From assembly GCA_002269645.1 (NCBI GenBank), contig NIVC01002836.1, positions 62,001 through 126,000 on the forward strand: a DNA stretch of 64,000 bases. The letters are read 5' to 3'. Below, piece after piece: positions 1 through 13,409 of the stretch. The position numbers and the translations under genes are program-made. The notes under the pieces are model-generated. The model did not search any database. It saw only the letters and a program-made list of their open reading frames with translations, and had not been told where the DNA came from. How positions within the stretch are numbered: the stretch's first letter is position 1; the number at the start of each line of letters is the position of its first letter. The stretch is from Macrostomum lignano (lineage: Eukaryota).

Positions 1-241
1 CCAGATATATAAAAATTCGTGAAAACAAAATCCTAATTATTCTACTAACGGTAGAAATAGCAGAAAATAAAGAATTCGTAAAAACGAATAATCCTAACTA
101 TTCTACTAACAGTAAAAGTGACAGAAAATTTGAATGAATCGCAAAAATAAAATTTAAGCTAGCAGCATTTCTACTAATCGGAGAAACGCTTGAAAACTGC
201 TAGTAAAGCTTATTTAAAAACGAAGCGCTTAGGCCGCTCAC

Positions 242-977
242 ATTAACAGGCCAGGCGGGTAGAGGGGCCATAAACTCGGTCGGATAGGGATAATCTCCCA
301 TGGCCATGAGGACGAAGGCGTTCCGAGCCCAACCGTACAGCTGGCGCACGTCAGTCTGGTTCTGAATCGGCTTGCAAAGGTTGAACGCGTTGCTCACCTG
401 TTGCATACCTGAAAATGTGAAATTTTACAGGAATTTTAAACCATTCCCAAATTCATACATCAGCTCATTTATCTGCCGCACTAATTCCCTACTGATACCG
501 TTATCTTTACTCGCTACTGCATCAGTAAATAATAGTAATAAACGCACCGGATTGACCGCTCTCAACGAGAGATCGAATCCGGGCGAACCCGGAGCGAACA
601 ATAGTAGGGCATTTGGCGTTTGCCCCGGCGTAGACCTGGAAATGATAACAGATATCATTTACTATACTGGCTACTCACTTTATCTGCAATATGGAATGGT
701 AAGTAGTATAAACCGAATATACAGTCAGGTATTGCGTAAACAAACATTTGTAATATCGGCAAAGAATGTCTCCGGATGGGTGTCCGTGATGTTGGCTATC
801 CAGTAGAATGGCGCGCTGCCAACGATACCGCCCTCGATTAGGTTCGGGTACTTGAAGCGCATGTACTGGGTCAGCATGCCGCCGTAGCTGCGGGGTGTGC
901 AGGTGAGCAGATAGGTTAGATGCTCGTGTACAGACAGACAAACACAGACAGACAAACAGATAGACAGACAGACAAAC

Positions 978-1024
<47 letters not shown>

Positions 1025-4000
1025 GGCAGGCAGACAGACAGACAGGCAGACAGACAGGCAGACAGACACAACCAGAATAGCCCATCAATACCTGCCGCCA
1101 AAGGCAATGACAGGCCGGTCAGGAATATTGAACACATAATTCCGCAGCACGTGGATCAGCACGGCAAAGTCTGCCATGGCCTGTTCAATGGTCAGATACT
1201 GCAGGTTCTCCTGCTTGAAGCTGTCATTGCCGAATGGCAGAGATTGGCCGTAGTACCTCTGTTGAAAAGGATTAGCAAAAAAAATTGCACAGCTGCGCAC
1301 TGAAACTAGGCTACGTAATTTCTCATAAGGTCTCTCCTTAAGGCTCGTAGAAAATCTTCATAGAGGATCTGTTTCCACTTAAGTCATAGAGGATCTGTTT
1401 CCACTTAAGTCATAGAGGATCTGTTTCCACTTAAGTCATAGAGGATCTGTTTCCACTTAAGTCATAGGATCTGTTTCCACTTAAGTCATAGAGGATCTGT
1501 TTCCACTTAAGTCATATAGGATCTGTTTCCACTAAGTCATAGAGGATCTGTTTCCACTTAAGTCATAGAGGATCTGTTTCCACTTGGGTCATAGAGGATC
1601 TGCTTCCACTTGGGTCATAGAGGATCTGCGTCCACTTGGGTCATAGAGGATCTGTTTCCATTTAAGTCATAGAGGATCTGTTTCCACTTAAGTCATAGAG
1701 GATCTGTTTCCACTTAGGTCATAGAGGATCTGCTTCCACTTGGGTCATAGAGGATCTGCTTCCACTTGGGTCATAGATGATCTGTTTCCACTTGGGTCAT
1801 AGAGGATCTGTTTCCACTTGGGTCATAGAGGATCTGTTTCCACTTAAGTCATAGAGGATCTGTTTCCACTTAAGTTATAGAGGATCTGCTTCCACTTGGG
1901 TCATAGAGGATCTGCGTCCACTTGGGTCATAGAGGATCTGTTTCCATTTAAGTCATAGAGGATCTGTTTCCACTTAAGTCATAGAGGATCTGTTTCCACT
2001 TAGGTCATAGAGGATCTGCTTCCACTTGGGTCATAGAGGATCTGCTTCCACTTGGGTCATAGATGATCTGCTTCCACTTGGGTCATAGATGATCTGTTTC
2101 CACTTGGGTCATAGAGGATCTGTTTCCACTTAGGTCATAGAGGATCTGTTTCCACTTAGGTCATAGAGGATCTGTTTCCACTTAAGTCATAGAGGATCTG
2201 TTTCCACTTGGGTCATAGAGGATCTGTTTCCACTTAGGTCATAGAGGATCTGTTTCCACTTAGGTCATAGAGGATCTGTTTCCACTTAAGTCATAGAGGA
2301 TCTGTTTCCACTTAGGTCATAGAGGATCTGCTTCCACTTGGGTCATAGAGGATCTGCTTCCACTTGGGTCATAGATGATCTGTTTCCACTTGGGTCATAG
2401 AGGATCTGTTTCCACTTAGGTCATAGAGGATCTGCTTCCACTTGGGTCATAGAGGATCTGCTTCCACTTGGGTCATAGATGATCTGTTTCCACTTGGGTT
2501 ATAGAGGATCTGCTTCCACTTGGGTTATAGAGAATCTGCTTCCACTTGGGTTATAGAGAATCTGCTTCCACTTGGGTTATAGAGAATCTGCTTCCACTTG
2601 GGTTATAGAGAATCTGCTTCCATTTGGGTCATAGAGGATCTGCTTCCATTTGGGTCATAGAGGATCTGCTTCCATTTGGGTCATAGAGGATCTGCTTCCA
2701 TTTCGGTCATAGAGAATCTGCTTCCACTTGGGTCATAGAGAATCTGCTTCCACATGGGTCATAGAGGATCTGCTTCCACTTGGGTCATAGAGGATCTGCT
2801 TTCATTTGGGTCATAGAGAATCTGCTTCCACTTGGGTCATAGAGTAGAGTGTGGCGGCCAGACTGTACGCGACCGGCAGCACCAGTGCAGCCGCACTGGA
2901 AACCCTCCAACCTCTGTCTAGCTGAGGTGGGGTGGGTGCGCGCCATGCTAGCCGTCTCGCTAAGCCGGGGGGGTTGGTGTAGCCTATCACGCCACGCCAC
3001 CTTTTTGCACCTCCCTAGGCCCCTCAATCTCGCGTTGTTTGTAAATATAAATATATGCGCAAAGCAGCACAAAACTCTTCGCTGCCATTCCATGTATTGA
3101 AATAAAAAGGCCTTCCGCCTCAAAGAGGATGTTTTCCCAACATGGTCTGCAGAAAATATTCAATCTGATCATATTAAATTCTTGCTTAGCAGCTTTGGCA
3201 AAAAATCATATACCTTTTGAAAGAAAGAATCGATAAGTCTCTCTCTCAGGTCAAAGTGCTAAGTGCCTGCCTTGTACCAGATGCCCATGAAACTTAACTA
3301 CAAGCTAATAGCAAAAGTAGGTGCAAGAGTAAGAGTTACAGAGAGAAAACAGATACGAAATTGGTCGAGGAGAATACACAAATATCATATACCTAGCTGC
3401 AAGTGCCTTTAAGAAAGGCAAGTTTTCAAAAGCTAACAGATAACCAAAACCATAGCTCCTGTTTACTGTATATTGAAGATAGCAGCTTTACACAGACCCT
3501 ACTACATATGTACATAGCTGCATACAGTTTACAAAAGTCTTGGGTGGCGGGGGTGACTGATTAGCTGACCAGCTGTGCCTGGTAGAACTTCTGATAAAAA
3601 TTAATATTCAACCAAATACCGAGATAAACAGTTCTAAAAAAGTTAGAATAGATTACAGTTTGAATTTCAACTAATTGACACCTCAGGCATATCGATATGC
3701 ATCGAAAGCTGCCTAGTAGTGAAGCTACCTATTTACCGATATGTATCGAAAGCTTCCCTATTTACCGATGTGTGTCGAAAGCTGCCCTAGTGGAAATATC
3801 TCTACCGATATGTATCGAAAGCTGCCCTTGTGAAACTACCTATCTATCGATATGTATCGAAAGCTGGCCTTGTGAAACTACCTATCTACCGATATGTATC
3901 GAAAGCTGGCCAAGTGAAACTACCTATCTACCGATATGTATTGAAAGCTGGCCAAGTGAAACTACCTATCTACCGATATGTATCGAAAGCTGGCCAAGTA

Positions 4001-6228
4001 AAACTACCTATCTACCGATATGTATCGAAAGCTGGCCTTGTGAAACTACCTATCTACCGATATGTATCGAAAGCTGGCCAAGTGAAACTACCTATCTACC
4101 GATATGTATCGAAAGCTGGCCAAGTGAAACTACCTATCTACCGATATGTATCGAAAGCTGGCCAAGTGAAACTACCTATCTACCGATATGTATCGAAAGC
4201 TGGCCTTGTGAAACTACCTATCTACCGATATGTATCGAAAGCTGGCCAAGTAAAACTACCTATCTACCGATATGTATCGAAAGCTGGCCAACTGAAACTA
4301 CCTATCTACCGATATGTATCGAAAGCTGGCCAAGTGAAACTAACACTGAAATGTATCGAAATTTTCTCTAGTTTAAACAACAATATATAACGATGTGTAT
4401 AGAAATTCCCCTGAATATAGTTATCAATTAGAGCAGGGGTCAGCAACCTCTGGCCCCAGGGCCAGATCCAGTCCCCATAGCATTCCTATCTGGCCCCAAA
4501 GGCCCTCAATGATCTAGCATTGCATCTGGCCCTGGCCTTTCACTCCACCTTCTTTATCTTTTTCTATCTCTCACTCTCACCATTCTCATCCCTATCCTAT
4601 GTTGAAAGTCCAGAAACAAACAAAAAATTGTTTTTTTCCAAACTGACAAAATGCAACTTACGTTTTTTACTTCTTTATATTATTGGCCTCTGGGCCTACT
4701 AATAAAATTACCTACTATGTTATAGATATATACTGTCTAATTAAAAATTTCTCTAGTATAAGATCAAAATTTAACAATATGCGCATTAAAAGTTCAGTTA
4801 GAGTGGACATACGAATATGTAGAAAATTACAATGGTTAAGCTACCAATATATAAATATATAAAAACTTGTCATTTACAAAAAATTAATAATCAATTAACA
4901 AGCTTACATGCTCAGCAAAGACAACCAGGGCCCCAAATTTGGGTGCAATCTCATGAACAAAGCCAGTATTATTCCAGAAACCCTCAATGGGCCCTTCATT
5001 GCCAGTGTAGAAAAAGATTGGACCTTTGGCTTTGTCAAAGAACTTGTCTGAAATAGAAGAATTATGAGTAGTTATTTTTTATTAAAGAAAGTTAACTTTT
5101 GAAAAAAAATTCCCTATAAATTAGAATTTGTATTATATTATTATTAAGCTTGGTATTTTAATACCTGAAGTTAATAATATAAAATATTATATACAACTCA
5201 ATTAATGCTAAAAGTTAAAGTTATTCATTTATATTACCTTAAAGAATACAACTAGAAAAAAGGATTGCTATCTGAGTATCCAACCTATCCCTAAAAAATA
5301 AAATATAGAATAACTTCAATATTCAACAAATAATTCAATATTATTAATATATCTATATGACCAAGGAGTTTGTGACTTCTTTTATAGCTGCAGTTTTTAA
5401 CAAAACTTTATATCATAACAAATACCAATGGTAATCCAACTTATAGTATTAATTCAAAAACATTGAGTATAGACTTGTACCCTTCTGTTCTTTACTTTAG
5501 ACTTTAGATCTGTACTTATACAATATATTTATATTGAAGAATTCTTTTATAATAAATATTCCTAAAATTATAAATAGGCTTATTAGCATAGCAGTTATAA
5601 CTATATAAGAATAGGCCTATATATATTTATATTTTATTAGAATATCTTAAGACTTAAAATAAATTTCATATTATTTATAATAATATATAAGTAGATATTT
5701 CTAATATATTAGAGTATTTACTTTTTTAAATTATGTAGGCCTATTGCATATTAGGCTTAACTTTAATTCATATTGGGAAATTTCTTATCAAAGGGTGCAA
5801 GTTTCATAAAAATTGGTTAGGCTTTTTTCTAAAACTATACATATACCTACCTAGATATCCTAGATAGACAGCACAACCCATTTTAGTATAGTGGTGTTTT
5901 AATATTTAATAATTATTAAGATATCTTAATATTATTATTGTTATTATAACTTATAAGAAATATTATTACTAGGCCTAATATTGAGTGTGAATACAAGTAC
6001 AAGTACACAGCAGAGTTTAATAAATTTTTCCAGCCATATTTTCTTACCTGTATACAAATATCGTTGTGGAAACCTAGGGTTATTTTTAAAACCCTTTCCA
6101 GAAGCTGCACTGTATACAAAGTGGTCAATTTTCTGGTTGAATACTGCCGTTTTGTAGGGGACAAAAGCGCCATCACTTACAGTTGCTATAGCAAACACAA
6201 CTCCAATTACTGCAAAATGCAACTTCAT
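242..6228 (-). CDS. DPP7: Serine peptidase family S28, dipeptidyl peptidase 2/7-like (PRCP is the alternative); 3' part lies left of the window
   Basis: Exons 6228-6048, 5047-4908, 1258-1092, 887-746, 635-548, 408-242, all GT-AG with matching phases (295 codons). Signal-peptide-like start MKLHFAVIGVVFAIA, then FNQKIDHF, PIFFYTGNEG, VFAEH|RYYGQSLPFG, nucleophile elbow GGS|YGGML, and WARNAFVLMAMGDYPYPT (ARNAF is closer to DPP7 than PRCP, from memory). Confidence 0.88.
931..1068. repeat. (GACA)n/(GACAGGCA) microsatellite in a DPP7 intron
   Basis: Direct tandem GACA run inside intron 888-1091. Confidence 0.95.
1359..2843. repeat. 26-bp minisatellite, about 57 copies (CATAGAGGATCTG[T/C]TTCCACTT[AA/GG]GT)
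   Basis: Period 26 measured (AAGTC at 1381 and 1407); lies in DPP7 intron 1259-4907. Confidence 0.97.
3690..4345. repeat. 42-bp minisatellite, about 15 copies (CCGATATGTATCGAAAGCTGGCCAAGTGAAACTACCTATCTA)
   Basis: Direct tandem units; explains the 14-aa periodic ORFs at 3697 and 3830. Confidence 0.95.
4434..4540 (+). mobile_element. Decayed end of a hAT/Charlie-like non-autonomous element
   Basis: CAGGGGTCAGCAACCT followed by GGCCCCAGGGCCAGATCCAG resembles Charlie-type termini (CAGGGGTCGGCAACCT...GGCCCGCGGGCC) with CpG decay; partner end not found. Confidence 0.4.
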
Positions 6229-8684
6229 TTTTCATATAGCAGATAAAAAGCAAATAATATAGCAAATATAAAGCTAGCTAGGCATGGAATTAACACTCAA
6301 ATCGAAAAGAAATTGAATAGATGAACATTCCTAGTTTGAAGAGAACTCAGGCTGCTCCAATTTAAAATGTCATTTGTTTTCAGGTTTCACCCATTTTAAC
6401 AAAAATGGTCTAATGAAGTAATTATGTAGCCTTCATAAGTTTCCTGAAGTGCAACTTTTAGCAACAAAGTAAAGTTCTTCCTGCTAATATCTCTATCGAT
6501 AATGTCTTCAAAAATTATACACAATCACATCATTAAGATCATACCCAAGCCTTGATAATGATAACTGTACCACACATCCCACACATGCTTTTTTAATCTG
6601 AAGAGAAGCTAGATCTGTTGTTTTCTTTGTTGCTGAAAAACTGCTTGGGCCTTCACACCACCCAGCTTATGTTGCAGTAGGTTGAGGGTCCCGACCTGAA
6701 GAAAATATTACTGGACCGGGGGTCTATTAATAAACGTAAAGTGGTGTATGGATCTCTGCACTCTAAGCACAAGTCAGATTAGGCCATAGCATAACGCATG
6801 TATAAAGCTATGGATGGGGATGGAGTGCTATGTATGACTAAAAGCGCTATGCAGTCCCCTCGATTTAGAGACGACAGTGTGTATAATACAATTGTGGTTA
6901 AACTCACGCATATCTACTGTCAGTAGAGTATCTTCAATAGTTTTTGCAGGTTAAGATTTGCTGTCTATTCGATTGTCTATGTAGTCCTGAGAATTAAACG
7001 CAGTGTTCATGTAAATGTAGACTTATTACTTAATCTTATTCAGAAACGTACTGCAGGAAAAATACATAAAGTAAAGAAAGTTTTTTTTAAACTGAAAGAT
7101 TTTTCTCCAAAAGCGAAGAGTCCAAAGCAAATAACGTTGTAATGTACGAGCGTAAAAGCCAGGGAAGCATAAAAATCAATTACCGAGCCGTAATCGCAAA
7201 TGGATTAATGTACGCATTAAGCCGCCATCAAATTTGCGGGCATTCAGAAACAAAATTGCTAATGCTTCGCCAAAATGACAGCAGCAGAGAGTTGGCTGTC
7301 AGATCCCCCCTGACAGCTCATGGGAGAATCCCCACAGGATTGATGAAGCCAGATCGCGTGAAAGTTGGAAGCACACATTTGGCGGGAGCCGTGACATTAA
7401 AAATAAGGGGAGCAAAGATATTCGGAAAGCCCATAAGATTCGCAGCGCTCCATGCCCACTCTCGCCGCCTTAATGGACGGGACTGAGAGTAAGCTTGTAG
7501 GGGGTCATCTTTAATTCATATAGTATGCCACCATTTGGGCCGGATGATGGGGCCAAATCTGAGTCTACAGAGATGTAGACCTTTTTTTGTTATTTCTCGG
7601 AAAACAGGCCGACAGATTTTGCTGGAGTTACGCCAATCGGGTCTGCAGCTTCTTCCCTTTTTAACCTCGTAACCTCCCTCCCCTCCCGCTACATGCAGCT
7701 CTAATTCACTCACTTCACTCACTTTCTCGCTCCATTGCAATCACGCAAATGACACCGGCCTTAGCTGGATAGGCGCATCAGGAAAGCCAAGCTGACACAC
7801 GGTGGGTGGCAGTGGCCGCGAGCGCGAGCCAAACCCTCGAGGCGTGCCAGCGTAACCGGAGCTGTAGAAGCTGCGGGGCTACAGTCTGTCCCGTGCCAAG
7901 GAAGAAATGGATGGGAATAGGAGCTACTAGCGCTTATTTTTAAACTATCACTCACTATTACAGAGCGCCTTCGAATGATTGTCTGCTGGATTGTGTAATC
8001 GAGTTTACATAACCAGATACAAGTTAGACCCCGCCGTAGACTCAAAAGAAAATTATAATATCAAGGTGGATCTGCTATGCAAATATATAGCGGACTCATA
8101 ACAGATCCACGGGGAGAGTGTTCACGGGTCATTGAAGCCCTGTCACCTGACCTGTCAATGCGGGACTCCTTTTTCCTGTCCAAAAACTCCCTCCCTTCTC
8201 GATCTCTTGTCTCCTCTCTCCGTGATGCACAAATCACCTGTCCAGCATACGATATGGCTCGAATTCTGCATGTGGATTTTTAACGAAACGATCGGATTAC
8301 ATGCTCCAAAGCCTAACACTTGATTCTCCAGCAAAGTAGAGCTGAGAGACTGACGCCAGTATCTACGCATCAATCTCCGCAATCTTAATCTTCATTTTGT
8401 CTAATCAGCCAGACATAAGTAGAATGAGGCAGCACGCATAATCCGCTCAGGTTAGCCTTGATTAGATCCTGAATAGCGGACTTAAGCTGACTGACTGCAA
8501 GCCCTCTGCAAAACAATCTGGAGTGCGATATCAACTGCCGACTTCTCTCGTCTCAATGCAATCGGGATCTGCGCCAACTCCTGGAGATAGTTTATGAACT
8601 GTGCCGCTGACTGAGCAGGCTCTGGTGAGGATTAGATCGAATAGCGACTGACCACCCACACTCACTCTCACCATCACTTTTCCG

Positions 8685-9195
8685 ACTCTCCCTCCAACCT
8701 CTCTCCTCTCTCCTCTCTCCTCTCTCCTTTATCCTCTCTCCTCTCTTCTCTCCCCTCCTTCCTCTCTCCTCTCTTCTCTCTCCTCTCTTCTCTCTCCTTT
8801 ATCCTCTCTCCTCTCTTCTCTCCCCTCCTTCCTCTCTCCTCTCTTCTCTCCCCTCCTTCCTCTCTCCTCTCTCCTCTCTCCTCACTTCTCTCTCCTCTCT
8901 TCTCTCTCCTCTCTCCTCTTTCCTCTCTCCTCTCTCCTCTCTCCTCTTTCCTCTCTCCTCTCTCCTCTCTCCTCTCTCCTCTTTCCTCTCTCCTCTCTCC
9001 CCACTTCTCTCTCCTCTCTCCTCTTTCCTCTCTCCTCTCTCCTCACTTCTCTCTCCTCTCTTCTCTCTCCTCTCTCCTCTTTCCTCTCTCCTCTCTCCTC
9101 ACTTCTCTCTCCTCTCTTCTCTCTCCTCTCTCCTCTTTCCTCTCTCCTCTCTCCTCTCTCCTCACTTCTCTCTACTCTCTTATCTCTCCTCTTTT
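8685..9195. repeat. Polypyrimidine (CTCTCTC/TCCTCTC)n low-complexity array
   Basis: About 500 bp almost entirely C/T. Confidence 0.95.
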
Positions 9196-9504
9196 TCCCG
9201 TTTCAGAATTCCAATCCCACAAATAAGATCGATAATTTATGCTTTCGCTAGAAATCTTAGAAAATCGAAAAAAGGTGCGCGTTTTTAGAGTAGCAATTAG
9301 TTTCCTCTTGTGCTTGTTTTTATATTTAGAAACTGCCTGTACAATTAGCACAGTGCTGGGGCGAAGGCACCTGTCTGAACACTAAATATAGACTTAGAGG
9401 TTGTTATGCAATTATATATTTATTTTGAGGATGTTGATGCGATGCCTGAGCAGTGATGAAGGGCAGACATTTTTATTGACCTTTTGGATTAGAATTGGAG
9501 AGGT

Positions 9505-9726
9505 AGATAAGGGGGTAGACTAAGGTAGATTAGGGTAGGTTAGGGTAGATTAGGATGGGTTAGGGTAGATTATGGTAGATTAGGGTAGATTATGGTAGAT
9601 TAGGATAGGTTAGGGTAGGTTAAGGGTAGATTAGGGTAGATTATGGTAGATTAGGGTAGATTAGGGTAGACTAGGGTAGATTAGGATAGGTTAGGGTAGG
9701 TTAAGGGTAGGTTAGTGTAGATTAGT
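9505..9726. repeat. 10-bp repeat TTAGGGTAGA containing the telomeric hexamer
   Basis: About 20 degenerate units (TTAGGGTAGA/TTAGGGTAGG/TTATGGTAGA). Confidence 0.9.
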
Positions 9727-10730
9727 TTAGTTGGAAGGGATAGATTACGTGATGGAGTGGATAAAGTATCTTTCTAGGCAACTAAATATATGTGTCTGCA
9801 TCAGTAATTTCTGATTGAGTACAAATGAATCAATAATTGTTGCCATGCGCGGCAGTAGCAAATTCAATTTTGCTTGAATATCTGCAATTAGGAATTTAGC
9901 ATTTCGACACACTAAACAGCGTGTCGTGTATATTTAGTTATTTACGATTTTACCACAGGATTGCGCAGTAAAAATCCGAGGTATTTCATGTGATAACAAG
10001 ACAGGTTTTAACAGATTTTGAGACGGGATAAAAGTGCTAAAATACTGCTACAGGTAGAGGGTGACCTCTTGCTAGTAGAGAAAGCAAATTCGGCAGTTAG
10101 TATCTACATTCAGGTCGGTATTGATTGATTGGACAACAAGGATACAGATGGGGGTATTGTAAACGTCGGTGTCCTTTCATCTTTGCACTTTGCTGCAGGT
10201 TAACAACAGAAACAACAGTAAAACAACAGACAGTGAAGAGAGAGAGAGATCAGTGAGTGTTTTCAAATTTTGCAATTTTGAGTTTCAATTGAATTGTGTA
10301 CCGCACATTTGTACGCTGCTTATATATAGTTACAGCAGTATAGCTAGTAATAGTGACAGTAATAATATAGTAGTATTACAGAGATTGAAAACCGTTAGAT
10401 AATAGAACGGAAAAAATGATCAGATACTGAAGCACATTGCATAATAATATTGCTGTCTGCATCAGTGCGTCAGTCATGGCAAATATCTGTGTCAAATTGC
10501 ACTGTAACGACACCTATCTATTCATCTGAGCGGACGAGGTAGTTAATGCACAAAATACAAAAGAAAATATTTTTAGATTCGCAGCCAAGTCGCGCAGTTT
10601 GTATAAGTAGTATTAATTGCGCTTTTCGCTATTATTCTGTTGTTAATGAGAATCGTAAGCAGGCTGTTTATGGCTGTTATATTGAATGTGGAAACTTGTT
10701 ATTGTTATAGTTACAGAATGTCGTGCCCTC

Positions 10731-13375
10731 TCAGCATCTCGGGTCGGGCGACCTCGGCCGCTTCCTCTGATTGGCTGAGCCAGCGGGGGACCCCGGGATC
10801 GGCCTGGATTTTTTAGACACCGTTGAAGACGACGCCGCCCCGCTAGTTGACATGTCGAGCACTTCGGAGGATGCCGCCGGCTTCTTGCGCCTGGGGATCA
10901 GGGACACCACAGAGTCGCCAATCTCCAGCCGCTGACAGGGCAGTCCGTGACGCTCCATGGTTTTAGTCGGACTGTGCGAGGCCCAGCCTTTGTCCGCTAC
11001 GTAGAACGGCTGACTGATTGGCAGTTCGATTTTGCGCACCTGTGGAATTGATAAATATTGCTTATTAGTGGCTTGATTGCTTGTTTTACAGATATTAGTT
11101 TGATAGGTTTTGCTGTTTAATCTAACTCTGTTATAGAATTGACTAACTTAGGTCAATCTTTATGTCAGTGTTTTAGCTACCGTTAAGGTCAGTGCTTTAT
11201 CTGATTTAGGTCAGTTTTTATCTGATTTAGGTCATTTTTTATCTGATTTAGGTCAGTTTTTATCTAATTTAGGTCAGTGTTTTATCTGAATTTAGATCTG
11301 TGTTTACTCTGATTTAGGTCAGTGTTTTATCTGAATTTAAGTCAGCGTTTACTCTGATTTACACTCAGATTTAGGTCAGCGTTTTATCAGGTCAGTGTTT
11401 ACTCTGATTTAGGTCAGTGTTTACTCTGATTTAGGTCAGTGTTTACTCTGATTTAGGTCAGTGTTTTATCTGGATTTAGGTCAGTGTTTACTCTGATTTA
11501 CACTCAGATTTAGGTCAGTGTTTACTCTGATTTACACTCAGATTTAGGTCAGTTTTTATCTGATTTACACTCAGATTTAGGTCAGTGTTTACTCTGATTT
11601 ACACTCAGATTTAGGTCAGTTTTTATCTGATTTAGGTCAGCATTTTATCTGGATTTAGATCAGTGTTTACTCTGATCTAGGTCAGTGTTTACTCTGATTT
11701 AGGTCAGTGTTAACTCTGATTTAGGTCAGTGTTTACTCTGATTTATACTCAGATTTAGTTCAGTTTTTATCTGATTTAGGTCAGCGTTTTATCTGGATTT
11801 AGTTCAGTGTTTACTCTGATCTAGGTCAGTGTTTACTCTGATTTAGGTCAGTGTTAACTCTGATTTAGGTCAGTGTTTACTCTGATTTATACTCAGATTT
11901 AGGTCAGTTTTTATCTGATTTAGGTCAGTGTTTTATCTGGATTTAGTTCAGTGTTTCAACTCAAGTTTTAAGGTCAGGTTGTCAGCTCCAGTTTCCAGCA
12001 GAGAGGGCCTTTAGCCAAGAGTTTGTCAAGGTCTTACTGTAGATACCGTTCTGCATCAAATATAGCTAGTTGATGAAGCTGCAACACCAGTTTAGCAGGA
12101 ATACTTCAGCCATGTGTGTTTCCTGCTTTCAGTGCTCTGAAAACAAAACCAATTAGTAAAATTGGGAGTGTGAGTGAGTGATCTGTCTCCCTTGGGGCCT
12201 CTTGGGTAAACTCTCAGGCCGTGATCAAGGACCCTGATTGTTGCATTGTAGTGGTGTATAGAGAGAAAGAGCTGCCATGCTTTCTGGGGATTTGCAAAGT
12301 CGTGCTCAAGAATACAAATTCGATTTAAGCCGGGCACGCCTTGCATTAACAAGAATTTGCCTCATTACCCCTCTTGACAACTCCGGTCACAACCTTCTCA
12401 CTTACAGTTCCATCATCCCCATCCCAGCCTCTTGGGAGCAGACTGACGAATAAGAGCGGAATTCTGATGAATCTGCGGAATTATTTTAAAGAGTTCGAAG
12501 GCACGCATTGCATGTTCTGCGCCTTCTAGAATTGCGTGTGTCATCAGCGCGTGTTTAATGCAAATGGTTGATTAAGGATTGTCAGTCTGCAGTTTCCTGC
12601 TGGCGCCCCTGGTGCTGGCGCCCCTGGTGCTGGCGCCCCTGGTGCTGGCGCCCCTGGTGCTGGCGCCCCTGGTGCTGGCGCCCCTGGTGCTGGCGCCCCT
12701 GGTGCTAAGAAATCTTCGGTCAAGACAATCTGTCATTGATACAAACCGTGCATTGATTTAAGCCCTGTTTTGCCATCACATCCTTGTGCAGGAAATCTCA
12801 GAAGTCGAGAAGGCCAAAGAGATAACACAGAAATTTACTCTGATGGGATGGGACTGATTGAATTAAATCACTCCCCCCGTTTCTTCTGCTCCCGCGTCTC
12901 TTCCTCCTCCCATTGCCGCAATCCAATTATTTCAATAATTATTTAATAGTTACGACTTTCAGCCGCGGCTGCGCAGCAAAACTCCGCGAGCTCTGAAGCC
13001 GCAGGAGCAGGGCTAGGGGGGGGGTGGCCTCGGACTCGATCCCTTGCCCCCCGCCTGAAGGCAAAAATCACGAAACCAAACCAGCAGGCGGGGACCCCTC
13101 CTCAAAGGATTACGCCCTTGCCCCCCCCCCCACCGCACCCAACCGTCTTTGCCCCGCCTGTCCGATCCCATCTGGATTAAACGCGCAGCAGAAACAGCAG
13201 CAGGGGATTGAGCTGTGCGATCCGCAGCGGAGGAAAATGAGTCGGGAAGGGGGGGGGGCGATCAGGCCGGCCAGCCCTGCGGGCTCAAATCTGCCCGCCC
13301 TGGTTCCGCGCCCCGGGATCAAGTTGAAGAAAATCTGAAGAGAGCGGGAGAGAGCAGAGAAGTCCTGCTCACACG

Positions 13376-13409
<34 letters not shown>

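Noticed and set aside
2882-2921. Hairpin followed by CTAG as a Helitron 3' end
   Set aside because: Spacing of about 18 nt is long, the next base is C rather than T, and no 5' TC end was identified.
3697-4390. Periodic 224-aa and 186-aa ORFs
   Set aside because: 42-bp repeat inside a DPP7 intron on the opposite strand; no unique coding flanks.
6182-6196. X-box-like GTTGCTATAGCAAAC
   Set aside because: Right half has an extra base and it lies in DPP7 coding sequence.
7142-8420. Several 60-115 aa ORFs in moderately GC-rich DNA (also 12092-12352 and 22266-23253)
   Set aside because: No recognisable domain or splice structure; possibly old retroelement debris but unsupported.
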